From positions 1,504,001-1,568,000 of the forward strand of contig CM000207.1 of NCBI GenBank assembly GCA_000002445.1: DNA of 64,000 bases, in the 5' to 3' direction. Both the position numbers and the translations under genes were made by a program. The notes under the pieces were generated by a model. That model made no database searches and had not been told where the DNA came from. It was given only the letters and a program-made list of their open reading frames with translations. Of this stretch, positions 53,396 through 64,000 are shown piece after piece. Numbering within the stretch: position 1 is the first letter of the stretch; each line of letters starts with the position of its first letter. The stretch comes from Trypanosoma brucei (taxonomy: Eukaryota).

Positions 53396-54365
53396 TCCTC
53401 TTGTCTGTAGTGTTTCACCGCACCACCGCAACTTGGTATGAAATTGATTATTGTGTTGCTTTCTTATCCAAACTTAGTTCACTACGCGGTTTCTCCTTCT
53501 TCTATTTCCACACTGTGCCGCTGATGGGAAAGGAAATAAGGGAGCAGGGAAGGAGAGGCAAGACAAAATGTACAAAAAGAAACACTATGGAAGGTATTAA
53601 TGTCGGGGCGCACCGGCAAAGCGCAGAGCTGAACTCCTCGCCACAGTTCGGCGTGAGGGACCGACGCCTGTGGCAAAGTGTTTAGAGGGAAATGCCTCTG
53701 GCCCCTCCCCCCATCCAACTCATGAACAAAAATTAAATAAAACGAACAATAGAAGTAATAAATAGGTAATAGTTACGGAAATATATGTGGGTAGATAATT
53801 AGAGATGGAGAGATCGAAACGAGGATATCTACCCCCCGCCCCCAATGTTCATGAGTTTCCGAGAGTTGGGAGTAATATCTCGCACGCGAAGGAAACAAGA
53901 GGTTGCTGTAAAACGGAATGAGAGGTAATAAGGGGAGGGGAAAATAATAAATAAAGGCAGCGCAAACGAGATATAAGAACAACATATTTTGTCTCATCAC
54001 TCCCACTGCTCAGATCGGCCTTCCGCCTTTCCCCCATCCGATGCCACACCGGATATTTACCCCATTGTTCTTTCCCATTCCTAATACTTTTGGGCGCCTC
54101 TTCTTCCCTTCTCTACCGGTTCTCCCATTGGTTTCTTTCTTCTCCTATTTTCTTCTGTCATTTGTTTTGTTCCTTGTTTATTTCCCTTTCATTGTTTGTT
54201 GTTGCTGTTGTTATAAAGAACGTTTAGTAGTAGTTCTTGATACGGGCACGTATACCTCTTCGGCTTTCTCCTGTTAATTGTTAGGTGAGGCTGAAGAGGA
54301 GACCGCCGAGTCGTTACCTCGTACGTTCCTTTTACGTTCCCGTGCTGTACGCGCAACTGCGCGTA

Positions 54366-54872
54366 TTATTCCTCCAAATCCTTCAAGTCCGCTGGTGCAT
54401 CCTCCTCCTCATCATCCGAATCGTCATCCATGGCTCCCATGTCCATACCTCCCATATCCATACCTCCCATGTTCATCATGTTGGAGAGGTCTCCATAGTC
54501 GCCAAATCCGGCGGGCACCTCATCCGCCTCGTCTTCATCCTTCCACAAATTCCAGTCAACAGAGAGCCAATTCTTTGTGCTGCTCGTTGGTTGGTCCACC
54601 AGCTTGTTCCAGTACCCTTCATCCTTTTTCGCCGCGCATACCTGAATGGACACGCCTAGCACCTTGAAGCTGGACTTCTCCGGCACAATTTCCTTCAGAA
54701 GGGTTATTTCATCCTTCAACTCGTGTGGCTCGCTGGAGCGCTGCGTGACGCCCTGACCGCTGATTTTGATCGTCTTGTCGGTGAAGGTGATGTTAACATC
54801 CTTCGCTGACGCCACCTGGAGGGTGATGTACAACTTATCATTGCGCTCTGCCCACTTGGTTGGAATGTGCAT
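54366..54872 (-). CDS. p23: HSP90 co-chaperone p23 (CS domain)
   Basis: The 168-aa ORF starts with ATG. It matches p23: WAERNDKLYITLQVASAKDVNITF (cf. WYDRRDYVFIEFCVEDSKDVNVNF), NWLSVDWNLWKDEDE (cf. NWLSVDFNNWKDWED), MMNMGG, and an acidic D/E tail. Confidence 0.85.
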   Translation of the reverse strand: MHIPTKWAERNDKLYITLQVASAKDVNITFTDKTIKISGQGVTQRSSEPHELKDEITLLKEIVPEKSSFKVLGVSIQVCAAKKDEGYWNKLVDQPTSSTKNWLSVDWNLWKDEDEADEVPAGFGDYGDLSNMMNMGGMDMGGMDMGAMDDDSDDEEEDAPADLKDLEE

Positions 54873-55740
54873 TTCGTTCCACTGGAAGGAGTAGAAAATG
54901 AGTAAGGGTTGTGTAAAATGTAACCTTATTACAATTGATTAAAAAACACAAAAACACACATACGTACGCACAGTGCAAAAAAAGTGAAACATACGTTCGG
55001 CGTGACATGAAGGCATTGTGCGCGTATGCGGAGGAGAAAGCATAGAAGTTAGAGAATAGAAAGGGGAGAAGTCATAGCGGTTGAGTTAAAACGAAATGTA
55101 TCAACAGATGCACATGTGCAGAATCATATGTTAATGTTTAAGCCGACGTGTCTATATGAATAAATGTTTATTCATATGACGTTACTGTTACACAGATGAA
55201 CAGTGCTTATTCGTCAAGTCACCAACAAGTGAAGGAATTAAAAGAGAAGTGGGAAAGGGACACCACCCGGGGCGGTTATTCTCCTCAACCGCCTTATTGA
55301 GAAAAACATATTCTCCTCGTTCGGTCACTTGCGTCTTCTTTCTCTCTCTTTCTTTCTCTCCCTCCTGTTTTCTCATCATTTCTTCCTCCATCTTGCCCCC
55401 TTTTCACTTCTGAATGCAACAAAAACCGTCAACTCCCTCCCTCACCTTCGCACAATTAATTCATCACAGATGTATAAACTGTTACGAACAGAAGGGGAGA
55501 GGTGATGATAAGGAGGATAAGTGCAAGAAATGGAAAGGGAGGGAAAAAGTCATGGTAGCGCATCCAACTGCGCCGACAAATGCGCGCGTCCACTCCCGTA
55601 TTCAAACCTCCTTCATGCTGTGTCTTTTCACAACTGTGCTTTGAAAAAGTAAAAAAAAAAGCTATGCACGCTCCCAAAGCTTCATTTATCTTTTTCTTTC
55701 TTTCTGTTGCGGCTAACGTTGGTCCATATGAGCATCACAT

Positions 55741-55968
55741 CTATTCCTTTGGTACTTCCCGAATGTACAACACATTATTGTTACGCAGCAGCATGTCTCC
55801 AAGTTCCGTCTCCTGTTTTGCCTTTTCCACTGCATCACGCAGTTGCAAATTCATGTACGGATCACAACTGACAAGTGTACCAACATATACGGGGCCCCAT
55901 TTACTCTTCACATGGACTGTGTTACCCACCAAACTTGCGAGAAACGCCGCCGGTACATTTGCATCCAT
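55741..55968 (-). CDS. SmF: small nuclear ribonucleoprotein Sm-F (Sm fold)
   Basis: The 75-aa ORF starts with ATG. Sm1/Sm2 blocks are present: [30 protein letters not shown]...[13 protein letters not shown] (cf. SmF [26 protein letters not shown]...LIRCNNVLYIRGV). Confidence 0.75.
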   Translation of the reverse strand: MDANVPAAFLASLVGNTVHVKSKWGPVYVGTLVSCDPYMNLQLRDAVEKAKQETELGDMLLRNNNVLYIREVPKE

Positions 55969-58900
55969 TACTTTCTTATTTAATTTTAAATTTGCACCTT
56001 CTTACTATTTTTTTTTTATCTGTATGTTTGTCCGTATGGTTTGATTTCTTTTTCCCCTTCCCTCCGTAGGCACACCGGCTGAAAATTACAACGATAATAA
56101 AGTGGAGTAAAAAAAAAGAAAGAAAGTAAAGTCAGAAATTGGCCGCAATAATAATAATAACGAACAACAACAACAGCAACAAAAAAAAAATAATTAAAGA
56201 CAAAAACAACATATAACCATGGAAATTTTGGGACAGATGTAAAGAAAAGATATTTAAAAAATTAAATTAAAAAGAATAGCTCCACAAGGGAAGAATGCGT
56301 ATCAGAATAAAAGGTACACAATACCAATTCTCCTAACGGACGAAACCACATCAAAAACATTCCTCCCTCTCTCTCTTTCTCTCACATTTTATCCCAACTA
56401 ACACATAACATAACAATACGTAAAATATTGTACGACATTACGTAGTTGTGACACCTTTTCATGTTGTTGCGATGCTCGCAAAACTCCTATTGTTTTTTTT
56501 AAAAACATTATGCCATGATTTTTCCTTTCCTATCCTATCCTATTTATTTAATTATTTTTAAGTTGTTGCTTATCATAAGGTGATATTATTCCCTTTCAGG
56601 CGCATTCGACTCCTTCAGAAAAAAGAAAATGAAAAAGAAAGAATGTGAGTTCAGCAGTACAGGACGAAAGTAAGAGCACGCAGATAATTGAATTTATTTT
56701 TTTATTTTTAAAGAAAAATAATAATTGAGAAACTCAACGGTGAGATATTTTTGAACAAAAACATTTCAGTTGGAAATAAATTCGAAAGAGTTGTTCGTTC
56801 ATTTTCTTTTTTTTTCCTTTAAAATGACCTTTTTCGTGTTCCCCATTTTTAATTTCCTTCCTTCCACTGTTTTTCTTTTTTCCTTTTTCACTTATCTATC
56901 TAATTTTGATCTTCTTTAGGTTTACAACAAGCGGAAAGGAATTCACATGAGGAACACACTCCCCCCCCCCAATACACCACACACACACAAAAAAAAAAAT
57001 GTAAATGTAAATATCACGAGTTGAAAGCGGTTCCGCAATGGAGATTGTAAGAGGTGTAATTCCAATAAAACAGAACGAACCAAAGGGAAGTTTGAACGGT
57101 GTCCATACGGTGTTATTAATGTTGCTTTTATAGAATTTGAAAGTTAAATAAATAAATAAAAAGACGGAAGAGAAGTTGAAAGAGTTTTCTTTCCTTTTTT
57201 TTGTAAAAAAAAAAAGGAAAAAGAAGAAAAAGAACCACACTGGGGAGGTGGGCGACGGTGTTTTACTTTACTGTACCCCTTCCTGCTATTTATTCCCTTC
57301 ATTGTTCCTCTCATCACAGTTTGTAATAACGATAACAATAACAATACAAGTAAACATGATAATGATAAGTGAATCAATATCTCTTCTCAAATAATATTTG
57401 TGTACAAATAAAATTGATGAAAGCAAAAAGAAAAAAAAGAAGGGGAAAAAGAGGAAGAAAGAACCTATACAAGAGTCACCAGGTAGTAAAGCTTCAGTGC
57501 ATTCTTTTTGTTTTTTCTTCTTTTTTCTTTTCTTTTAAAAAAAAAAAACGCCGGAAAAAAAATGTTGTTGAGGTGACTTCCACATTTTTCATCGTTTTGT
57601 TCCCCCCCCCCCGTAATAGATAAAACACACACACACACACACTTTCCCCCGTCTGTTATATTTATTTATATAACTCCATTTGAACACTCGTTTATATGTG
57701 CCAATATCTTCTTTTTTTTTTTCTCGTCCTCTCTTCACTCCATATTTTGGTCCTCACACCGCCCCTCACCTTCTTCGTAGCAAAACTAAAAACAAAAAAG
57801 AAAAACAAAAAAAAAAATTTGGTTCGAAAATGAAAACTTAATTTAATTTAATTTAATTTGCAAAAACAAACAAACAATAAAGAGATAAACCCTTTTGGGC
57901 AGCATTATCGATGAGAATAATACTAATAATAGTAATAAGTTTTCTCATCAATATATGTAATAGCAGCGGAATATGATATAATGGTACAAAGCGAGTGCTG
58001 TATCATTTCAAAAAGTGAATATATATATATATATATATTTATAATGAAAAACAAAAACCGAAGAAAAATTAATGGCAACGTGTGACCTCTTAACCACTTT
58101 TCTTCATTTCACTCAAAACTTTCACTCATTTCTTCCCCCTCCTCCAATACATCCACACACAAGTGAAAATTAAAAAAAAAAAGAAAAAAAGAGGAAATAT
58201 ATATATAACGGATCAAATAAAGCAGCCAAACAGCACCAAAGAAAAGTAAAAAAGAAAAAAAAAGAATGTTTTATTTCATTATTACCTGCTGCCGTATCAT
58301 CCACCTCCTCTTATTTTTCTTTTTTACAATTTTCGTTCCTCTTACATGAGAGGTTGTTACACCGAAAGTATAAACAAAAAAAAAAGAAAGAGGGGTTTCT
58401 CTTTTGTGTGAAAATATAAATACGGAACGTCAAAAATAAATAATTCGATTGAAGCAAAGTGTTTGAAGGAGAAACAAAAACGAAAAGTAGAAAAAGCAGC
58501 ATTCATCCAATAATCCAAAAAGCGTTTTTGTATAAGTCAGAAGAGAACAGAAACTGGGAAAATAACTGTTTGTTTTTTTTTTTCCTTTCTTCTCCTTTTC
58601 AATTATATTCTATTAAAATGTTGTTATTGTCAAAGTTCCCTTTTTTTTTTATAGAAAAAAATTTCCATCAGTACAAATGCAAAATGACAACGGCAACATC
58701 ACGAACAGACACCCAAAGGAGGAAAATTGTGATCGGTTAAAAATGCGATGAAAATTAAAAAAAAAAATTCTCCCACTCTGTTTTCTTTACTTTCTTCTTC
58801 TTCTCGTCACGCCTTTTAAAAAAAAAAAAGAACTATTGGTGTTTGCTCTTTTCTAATAATAATAATAATTATTATTATTATTTTGGTTTATATTCCCCAC

Positions 58901-59164
58901 TACTTCTTTATATTCATTCACTCATTTTTATTACCTCCCCCTTATTATAATAATTAGTATTATTATTATTATTATTATTTGCCTCCTCTTTGTGGTGCAT
59001 TTGTAATTGCAAGTAGCCAACACCACCACCACTACCACCCTTCTTTTTTTTTTCCTTCTTTTTTTCCCCCTTTTTTTTTGTTTCCACCAGTTTGTGTAAG
59101 TTCCAGTTCCCTCATGCAATATTTTTCCCAGACATATTTTTCTTTTCTCTTTCTTTTGTCAAAC

Positions 59165-59198
<34 letters not shown>

Positions 59199-61866
59199 AA
59201 ATATGTGCTTGAGCATTTGGATACCGCGTGCAGTGGACAAAACAGCGCTAATGTTACAACTAAGGAAAAGTTGGAACGCATTGAGGGGAGGAAAAAAAAA
59301 TTTTTTTTTTTAAAAAGGAAGAAACCGCAATAAATAAATAGATAAATGGAGATTGTTTTTTTTTTCCTCCTGCTTTAAAAATCATTCACTTGAAAATTTA
59401 AATGCGTGCTCGTGTGCGCTGAGAAGCAAAAAGAAAAACAAAAAAAAAAGAAAAGAAACAGATTAATTTTTTTTTTAAAAAAATGAGAACTAGTGGAAGA
59501 AGAGGAGAATAAAAAGGGACGAGGGAGTATAAATTAAACAGAAATAAATTGTTGATTCATGCTGAAAGACAAAAAAAAAAAGAGGGAAAAGAGGACCGAG
59601 CAATACGCGTGTAGAATTTATACACAGCATACATAAATATAAAACCAGTACAAAAATAAACATAATGACAAAAATAACTGTAGCAATAAAAGCAATCACC
59701 ATCATATTCAGTTGTGACTTCAGCAAAATTATTACGTTCTTCTCTTTTTTTTGTTTTTCCTCCATTTTATTCGTTGCTTTGTTTTACATTTCTTTGTTAC
59801 ATTCTTTTTCTTTTCTCCCTCTAACGGTTACCGTGTCCGTTACCTTTAAAAAGAGGAAAAGAAATCAAAAAAAAAAAAGTTGAAAGAAACCGCAAACGAA
59901 GTCAAGACATTTATAACCAAAGAAAAAAAAATGAAACTTTTTTTTTTTAAAAAAAAGATAGGTACCACTAGCACTGGAAGTATAGAATAAAAAATATATA
60001 AAATACGTAGCACTATTCATTTTTCCTTTTTTTTATTCTCATAATAATCAAAAATAAACAATAATTTTCTTCTCACTTTGTAACGAGAAGAAAGAAGAAA
60101 AAAAAAAACAAAATCGCCCCACAGTTCATCCATAATGGAATGGATGGTAATAAAAGGGGCTGCAGTAAAAAGAAAAGGAAAAGAAAAGAAGAAAACAAAA
60201 CAAAACAAAAAAGCAAATTTAATATAACTTCCCCATGATTCCTTTTTTTTCCCCCTTTTCTTTATTTCTTTATTTGATTTTGTTTTGCCACACGCAATTC
60301 CTCATTTTACTTTCCTTCTCCCATTTCCTTCTTTTCATCATTTGTATTCATTAATGAAAGTTTAATGAATACAAAAGCGTAAAAAAAAAATAAATAAATA
60401 AGAAACAAGAGATTAAAAAAAAACAAAGAAGGGGAAAGGAAAGGAAAGGAGAGGAGAGGAAAAGAAATGCAACAAAATAAATAAATTCGTAACAAAGAAA
60501 GTAAAAAAAAAAGGAAACCACGTACTAAAAGAGACGTCACTAACACCACTGTCAATAAATAAGCACAAAGATATAAAACTATATAGTGAATATATATATA
60601 TATATAGGTATATACAAATATACATATGACCAAAAAGGAGAGGGGAAGAAAAGAAAACAGCAGAAAAATAATATAAAAGAAAAAAAAATTTTAATGCGTG
60701 CACGCGCGAAAACAAAACAGACGAAATGGAAAAAAGAAAAAGGAGCCAAGAGTTCTCTGGGAATAAAGTTCCAAAATCTTCAGCAGCGAAAAAAAAAAAG
60801 AAGCAGGAATGACGGAAGGAGACCGCCTCAATGCTTCATCTCTACACACTAATAAACGGTGACTTTTTTTTTAAAAAAAATTACTCTTGTGTATTCTTTT
60901 CAATTAAGTCTTTGTGTAGGATAAATAAATACGTGCGGAATATATGTTTATTTTGCGTATAATTATGCTGCTGAATTTACTCTACCCCCACTTCGCTTCA
61001 CTCGCTATTTTTCCAGTCTGTATTTTATTTCATAGTACCTTTGCCCCTCCTTTTTTTTAAAAAAAAGGGTCATCTGCTTTTAGCTTTCTCGCGTTTTTTT
61101 TAAAAAATTTTATTTCCTCTCAGTTTCTAATTTTTTCCCCTCCTTTCTTCTTCTTCTATACATTTGTTTTTAATCCTTCCCTATTTGTGGCATTACTGCA
61201 CATTTTCCTTTATATATTTTCCCCTTTAAACTAATCCTGTTTGCTTGTTGTTGTTGTTGTTTTTTTTTTTTACCACCTGAATAGATCATCGTTCGATGGT
61301 GAGCCCATTACTTCGCACTATCAAAAAAATGCCACTAAAAAACCAGCAAGGAAAAAAAATTAACAACAGGGGCACGCCACAGTATTTTAAAATATATTCA
61401 CATAATTTTCCTTCATTTTTTCCTTTCCCGTTTCTTTTTTTTTTAAATTCTCTCACACTGCTCGTCTCAGTTCGTCAATTTTTTTTTTCGCTCTTCTTTC
61501 CATTTAACTCCTTTTTTTTTTACTTTTCCTCCTCCCTTTTTTCTTTTTTTATTTCTAACATGCCACACCTCTCAAACGGCTATGATTATCATTGTGATTC
61601 TCTCCTTTTTACTATACCATCTTCATAAATGGAACAAAACAAAACAAAAAAAGTGAAAATAGTGAAGTAACGAAAAAAAAAAGTAAAAAAAGAATGAACT
61701 GACTTTCACATCATCATATGTACTTGAAGCATGAACCATTTTGCCTTTTTTTTTTTGCATTGTCTCTTTCTCTTTCTCTTTGCCAAGGGCCTTCATGTGA
61801 AGAAATGTTTTTTTTTCCTTCTTCTTCTTCTTTCTTTCTTTTTTTTTTACTTTTTTTTTTTCCACA
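55969..61866. repeat. ~5.9 kb low-complexity gene-free tract (alternating poly-purine and poly-pyrimidine blocks, poly(A)/poly(T), (TA)n, (CA)n, (AAT)n); probable giant 3'UTR/intergenic region downstream of the CCCH zinc-finger gene
   Basis: Every ORF in this span translates to low-complexity K/F/L/S/E strings; none has coding character. Examples are (AT)12(GT)5 at 59165..59198, (AAT)n near 58861..58980, and C10-11 runs at 56961 and 57605. Confidence 0.7.
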
Positions 61867-62244
61867 TCACTTGGCTACCCACTCATTAGGGTCCTCACCA
61901 TGAGAGAATCGACAGTTGCGGCGGTTGCAACGACTTCTTAAATGATGTCTGCAAAGGGAAGACGGAGACACCTTCGAATTCCCTGCTGCCGGTTCCACTG
62001 AAGCCTCCTTCGTGTAACCATCGCCACTCGTCCCAAGGAGTAGAACAGTAGTCGACAGATTATTGTTAGGCATCATAAGCGGCCGCACCACCGGCGGGAC
62101 GGGAACCGCAGCCCACATGTAAACGCATTGAGGAACGACTGGAGATGTTTGTGGTGGGGTTGGGGGAAGCGGGTTATACATCATGGGTGCCGCAAGAAAG
62201 AACGGTTGTGTCGGCTGAGGTTCTGCTGCACTGGGGAAGATCAT
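61867..62244 (-). CDS. small CCCH-type zinc-finger protein (proline-rich N-terminus, single C-x7-C-x4-C-x3-H finger)
   Basis: The 125-aa ORF starts with ATG. The C-terminal finger is CRHHLRSRCNRRNCRFSHGE. The N-terminus is Pro-rich (PLPPTPPQTSPVVPQ). Confidence 0.6.
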   Translation of the reverse strand: MIFPSAAEPQPTQPFFLAAPMMYNPLPPTPPQTSPVVPQCVYMWAAVPVPPVVRPLMMPNNNLSTTVLLLGTSGDGYTKEASVEPAAGNSKVSPSSLCRHHLRSRCNRRNCRFSHGEDPNEWVAK

Positions 62245-62963
62245 GTTACTGGGTTTCTGTTTCGCTTTGCTTTGCTTTGCTTTACTTTCCTTGTTGTTGA
62301 TGTTTATGATGCTGTCGGGAGAACTCTCCTTCTTGCCCGTTTGCTCCTTTTGGAAGTTGCTCTTGATGAAGCGTCTTTTGTAAGTAAACGCCCCAACGAA
62401 AGATATGAATATATATACCAGTTGATCTCTTTTTTATCCCCTCGAATCAGGAATGGCTCGTCCACGTACTACAGAAATATCCTTCAGTCAAATGTAGTAT
62501 TGCAGCAATGTCGCGCTCTTTCTTTTCCCCTTGCGGTTGAACTTCAACGCCGTCGAAAATGAAAGAAATAAGGTAGTGGAATGACATTCCGTAATATAAG
62601 AGTACCGAGCATAACACAGATACATATACATAAAGAAAGTGGATAAAGGAAACATGGGAATCTCGAGACATTGCATGAAACAACAAACAACCCTTCTCCC
62701 CATCACACACACACACACACCCAAACAAACAAATATACAAATGAGGGAAAATAAGAGCATACACCAACCACCCACTCTCTCCATTTTGGGGGGACTTTTG
62801 ACTACAGTTTCCCAAAAAAAAAAAAGATAAATGGGAGAAACGAAGTGTTTTAGCAGCCTCTCGCGACAAGCCTCCAAAGGGGACCAAAAAAGTTATAGCA
62901 CTTTGCGGGTGTCGGGTGGCAGGGAGAACAATGCTTAAAAAAAAAAACAGCCAATACGATTGG

Positions 62964-63539
62964 TTATGATGACGAAGGCACTTGCATAACAAGAAGCCGC
63001 CGCGTTTCCTCAAGTTGGCGTCGAAGTTGGTTTGACAACATATTCCGCTGACGCACGTAAAGTAGCGCATCGTGCAAATCTTCATTTATTGCAGCAACCT
63101 TCGCTTCCACGGCGCAATCCCGGAATGGCAGTCGCGTAACCGTGCGCCGCACCGTTGCCGCCTCCTCCTGCCGCTTTTGCTGCTGGCGCTGGCGCTGGCG
63201 GCTGAGAACTCGGGCATGGGCCTCCAACTTCGAGGCGAGGCGGGACGCTAAAACATCCTCATCGACGCGGTTGCGTTGTTGAGAGACGGATGAAAAGCAA
63301 CTGTCACTGCTTATGCTGCTCCGTCTACTTCTTTCAACCGCTACGCCATCACCACCACATTTCTTTAAAGCTCCCAACATTCGCATGTAGAAGCACTCCG
63401 GGAAGTAAGCGTCGTCATTGTTGCTATCCGCTGCATCTTCAACCGCGCCACAGGGTTCACGGGTGAAAAGCGCTCGAACCTGCTCACACCACACTATGTA
63501 GCGCTCAGTCTCGCTCATCGTAGTGGGGGGTTCCCTCAT
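62964..63539 (-). CDS. hypothetical protein
   Basis: The 191-aa ORF starts with ATG. It is co-directional with its neighbours and has an R/Q-rich coiled-coil-like C-terminus. Confidence 0.4.
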   Translation of the reverse strand: MREPPTTMSETERYIVWCEQVRALFTREPCGAVEDAADSNNDDAYFPECFYMRMLGALKKCGGDGVAVERSRRSSISSDSCFSSVSQQRNRVDEDVLASRLASKLEAHARVLSRQRQRQQQKRQEEAATVRRTVTRLPFRDCAVEAKVAAINEDLHDALLYVRQRNMLSNQLRRQLEETRRLLVMQVPSSS

Positions 63540-63583
63540 TTTACATTAATTCACTTATCCTTTTGTTTTTGTTTTTTTTTTTC

Positions 63584-63601
63584 GTGTGTGTGTGTGTGTG
63601 T
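63584..63601. repeat. (GT)9 dinucleotide microsatellite
   Basis: Read directly from the sequence. Confidence 0.85.
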
Positions 63602-64000
63602 ACGTGTGTGTATGTAGCGACGCGTTTATGTGTGGTCCCCTTTACGGTGACACAAGTGTGCAAAGTGTTACCTTCGTTCACTTCCTTCTACGACCTTCAC
63701 CAACTTGGAGAAATGGAAACTCAGATAATTAAAAAAAAAAAGCATCGCATCAACTACACGTGTTGCAGCATTAGTGTTTGTGCCAACACATTTGCCTCGT
63801 GGGCAGAAGCGCCACGAGCGTCCACATTTAGAGTTAAATCAATAATAAACGATTATATATTTATTTATGTTTGAAAGTTCGTTTGTTTGTTTTTGCTTCG
63901 CCCACGTCACGCCAGAGTCCAGCCCGAATAGCGGGTCACAAATCCTAACAATTGGGCCCGAGATCCCTCCACCTCACACTCTACAATGACCCTCTTTTTT

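Noticed and set aside
1-64000. Prokaryotic-type features (CRISPR arrays, operons with RBS, rho-independent terminators, insertion sequences) and strand-switch/promoter regions
   Set aside because: Sequence is eukaryotic (kinetoplastid-like proteins such as PACRG, katanin, APC11, SNAP50, Sm-F). There are no direct-repeat/spacer arrays and no change of coding strand anywhere in the window.

Overview
This window looks like a core chromosomal segment of a trypanosomatid, most likely a Trypanosoma brucei-group parasite. Genes are intronless and tightly packed, and the spacers between them are AT-rich with (TA)n, (CA)n and poly-purine/poly-pyrimidine tracts. Every credible coding region (29 CDS) lies on the minus strand, so the whole 64 kb appears to be one unidirectional polycistronic transcription unit read from high to low coordinates. 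I found no strand switch, promoter, rRNA, recognisable tRNA, CRISPR or prokaryotic-type feature.

Recognisable products include:
- Chaperones and folding: cyclophilin-40, an ER HSP70-superfamily GRP170-like protein, p23, a Sec63-like DnaJ membrane protein.
- Metabolism and mitochondrion: glycine-cleavage H protein, a divergent GAPDH-like protein, an Oxa1/YidC insertase, phosphatidylserine decarboxylase.
- Microtubule and cilium: kinesin-13, PACRG, katanin p80.
- Nuclear and RNA: SNAP50, Sm-F, APC11, a small CCCH zinc-finger protein.
- Others: a dual-specificity phosphatase, a kinase-like pseudokinase, a LAMTOR2/Roadblock-like protein, a CLEC16A-like protein, an ARL2BP-like protein.

The most unusual features are:
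- A ~6 kb gene-free interval (11.7-17.8 kb) carries, on the transcribed strand, an exact 11-nt telomerase template-like sequence (5'-CCCUAACCCUA-3', complement of 14914..14924). This makes it a candidate telomerase RNA locus. The interval also contains a ~1 kb GC-rich island.
- A 1449-aa protein is built from about 8-9 tandem SET/post-SET methyltransferase modules.
- A second ~5.9 kb low-complexity gene-free interval (56-61.9 kb) lies downstream of the CCCH zinc-finger gene and is probably a giant 3'UTR.

The supplied ORF track uses non-ATG initiators (TTG/GTG shown as M) for several ORFs, so I moved those starts to the first in-frame ATG.
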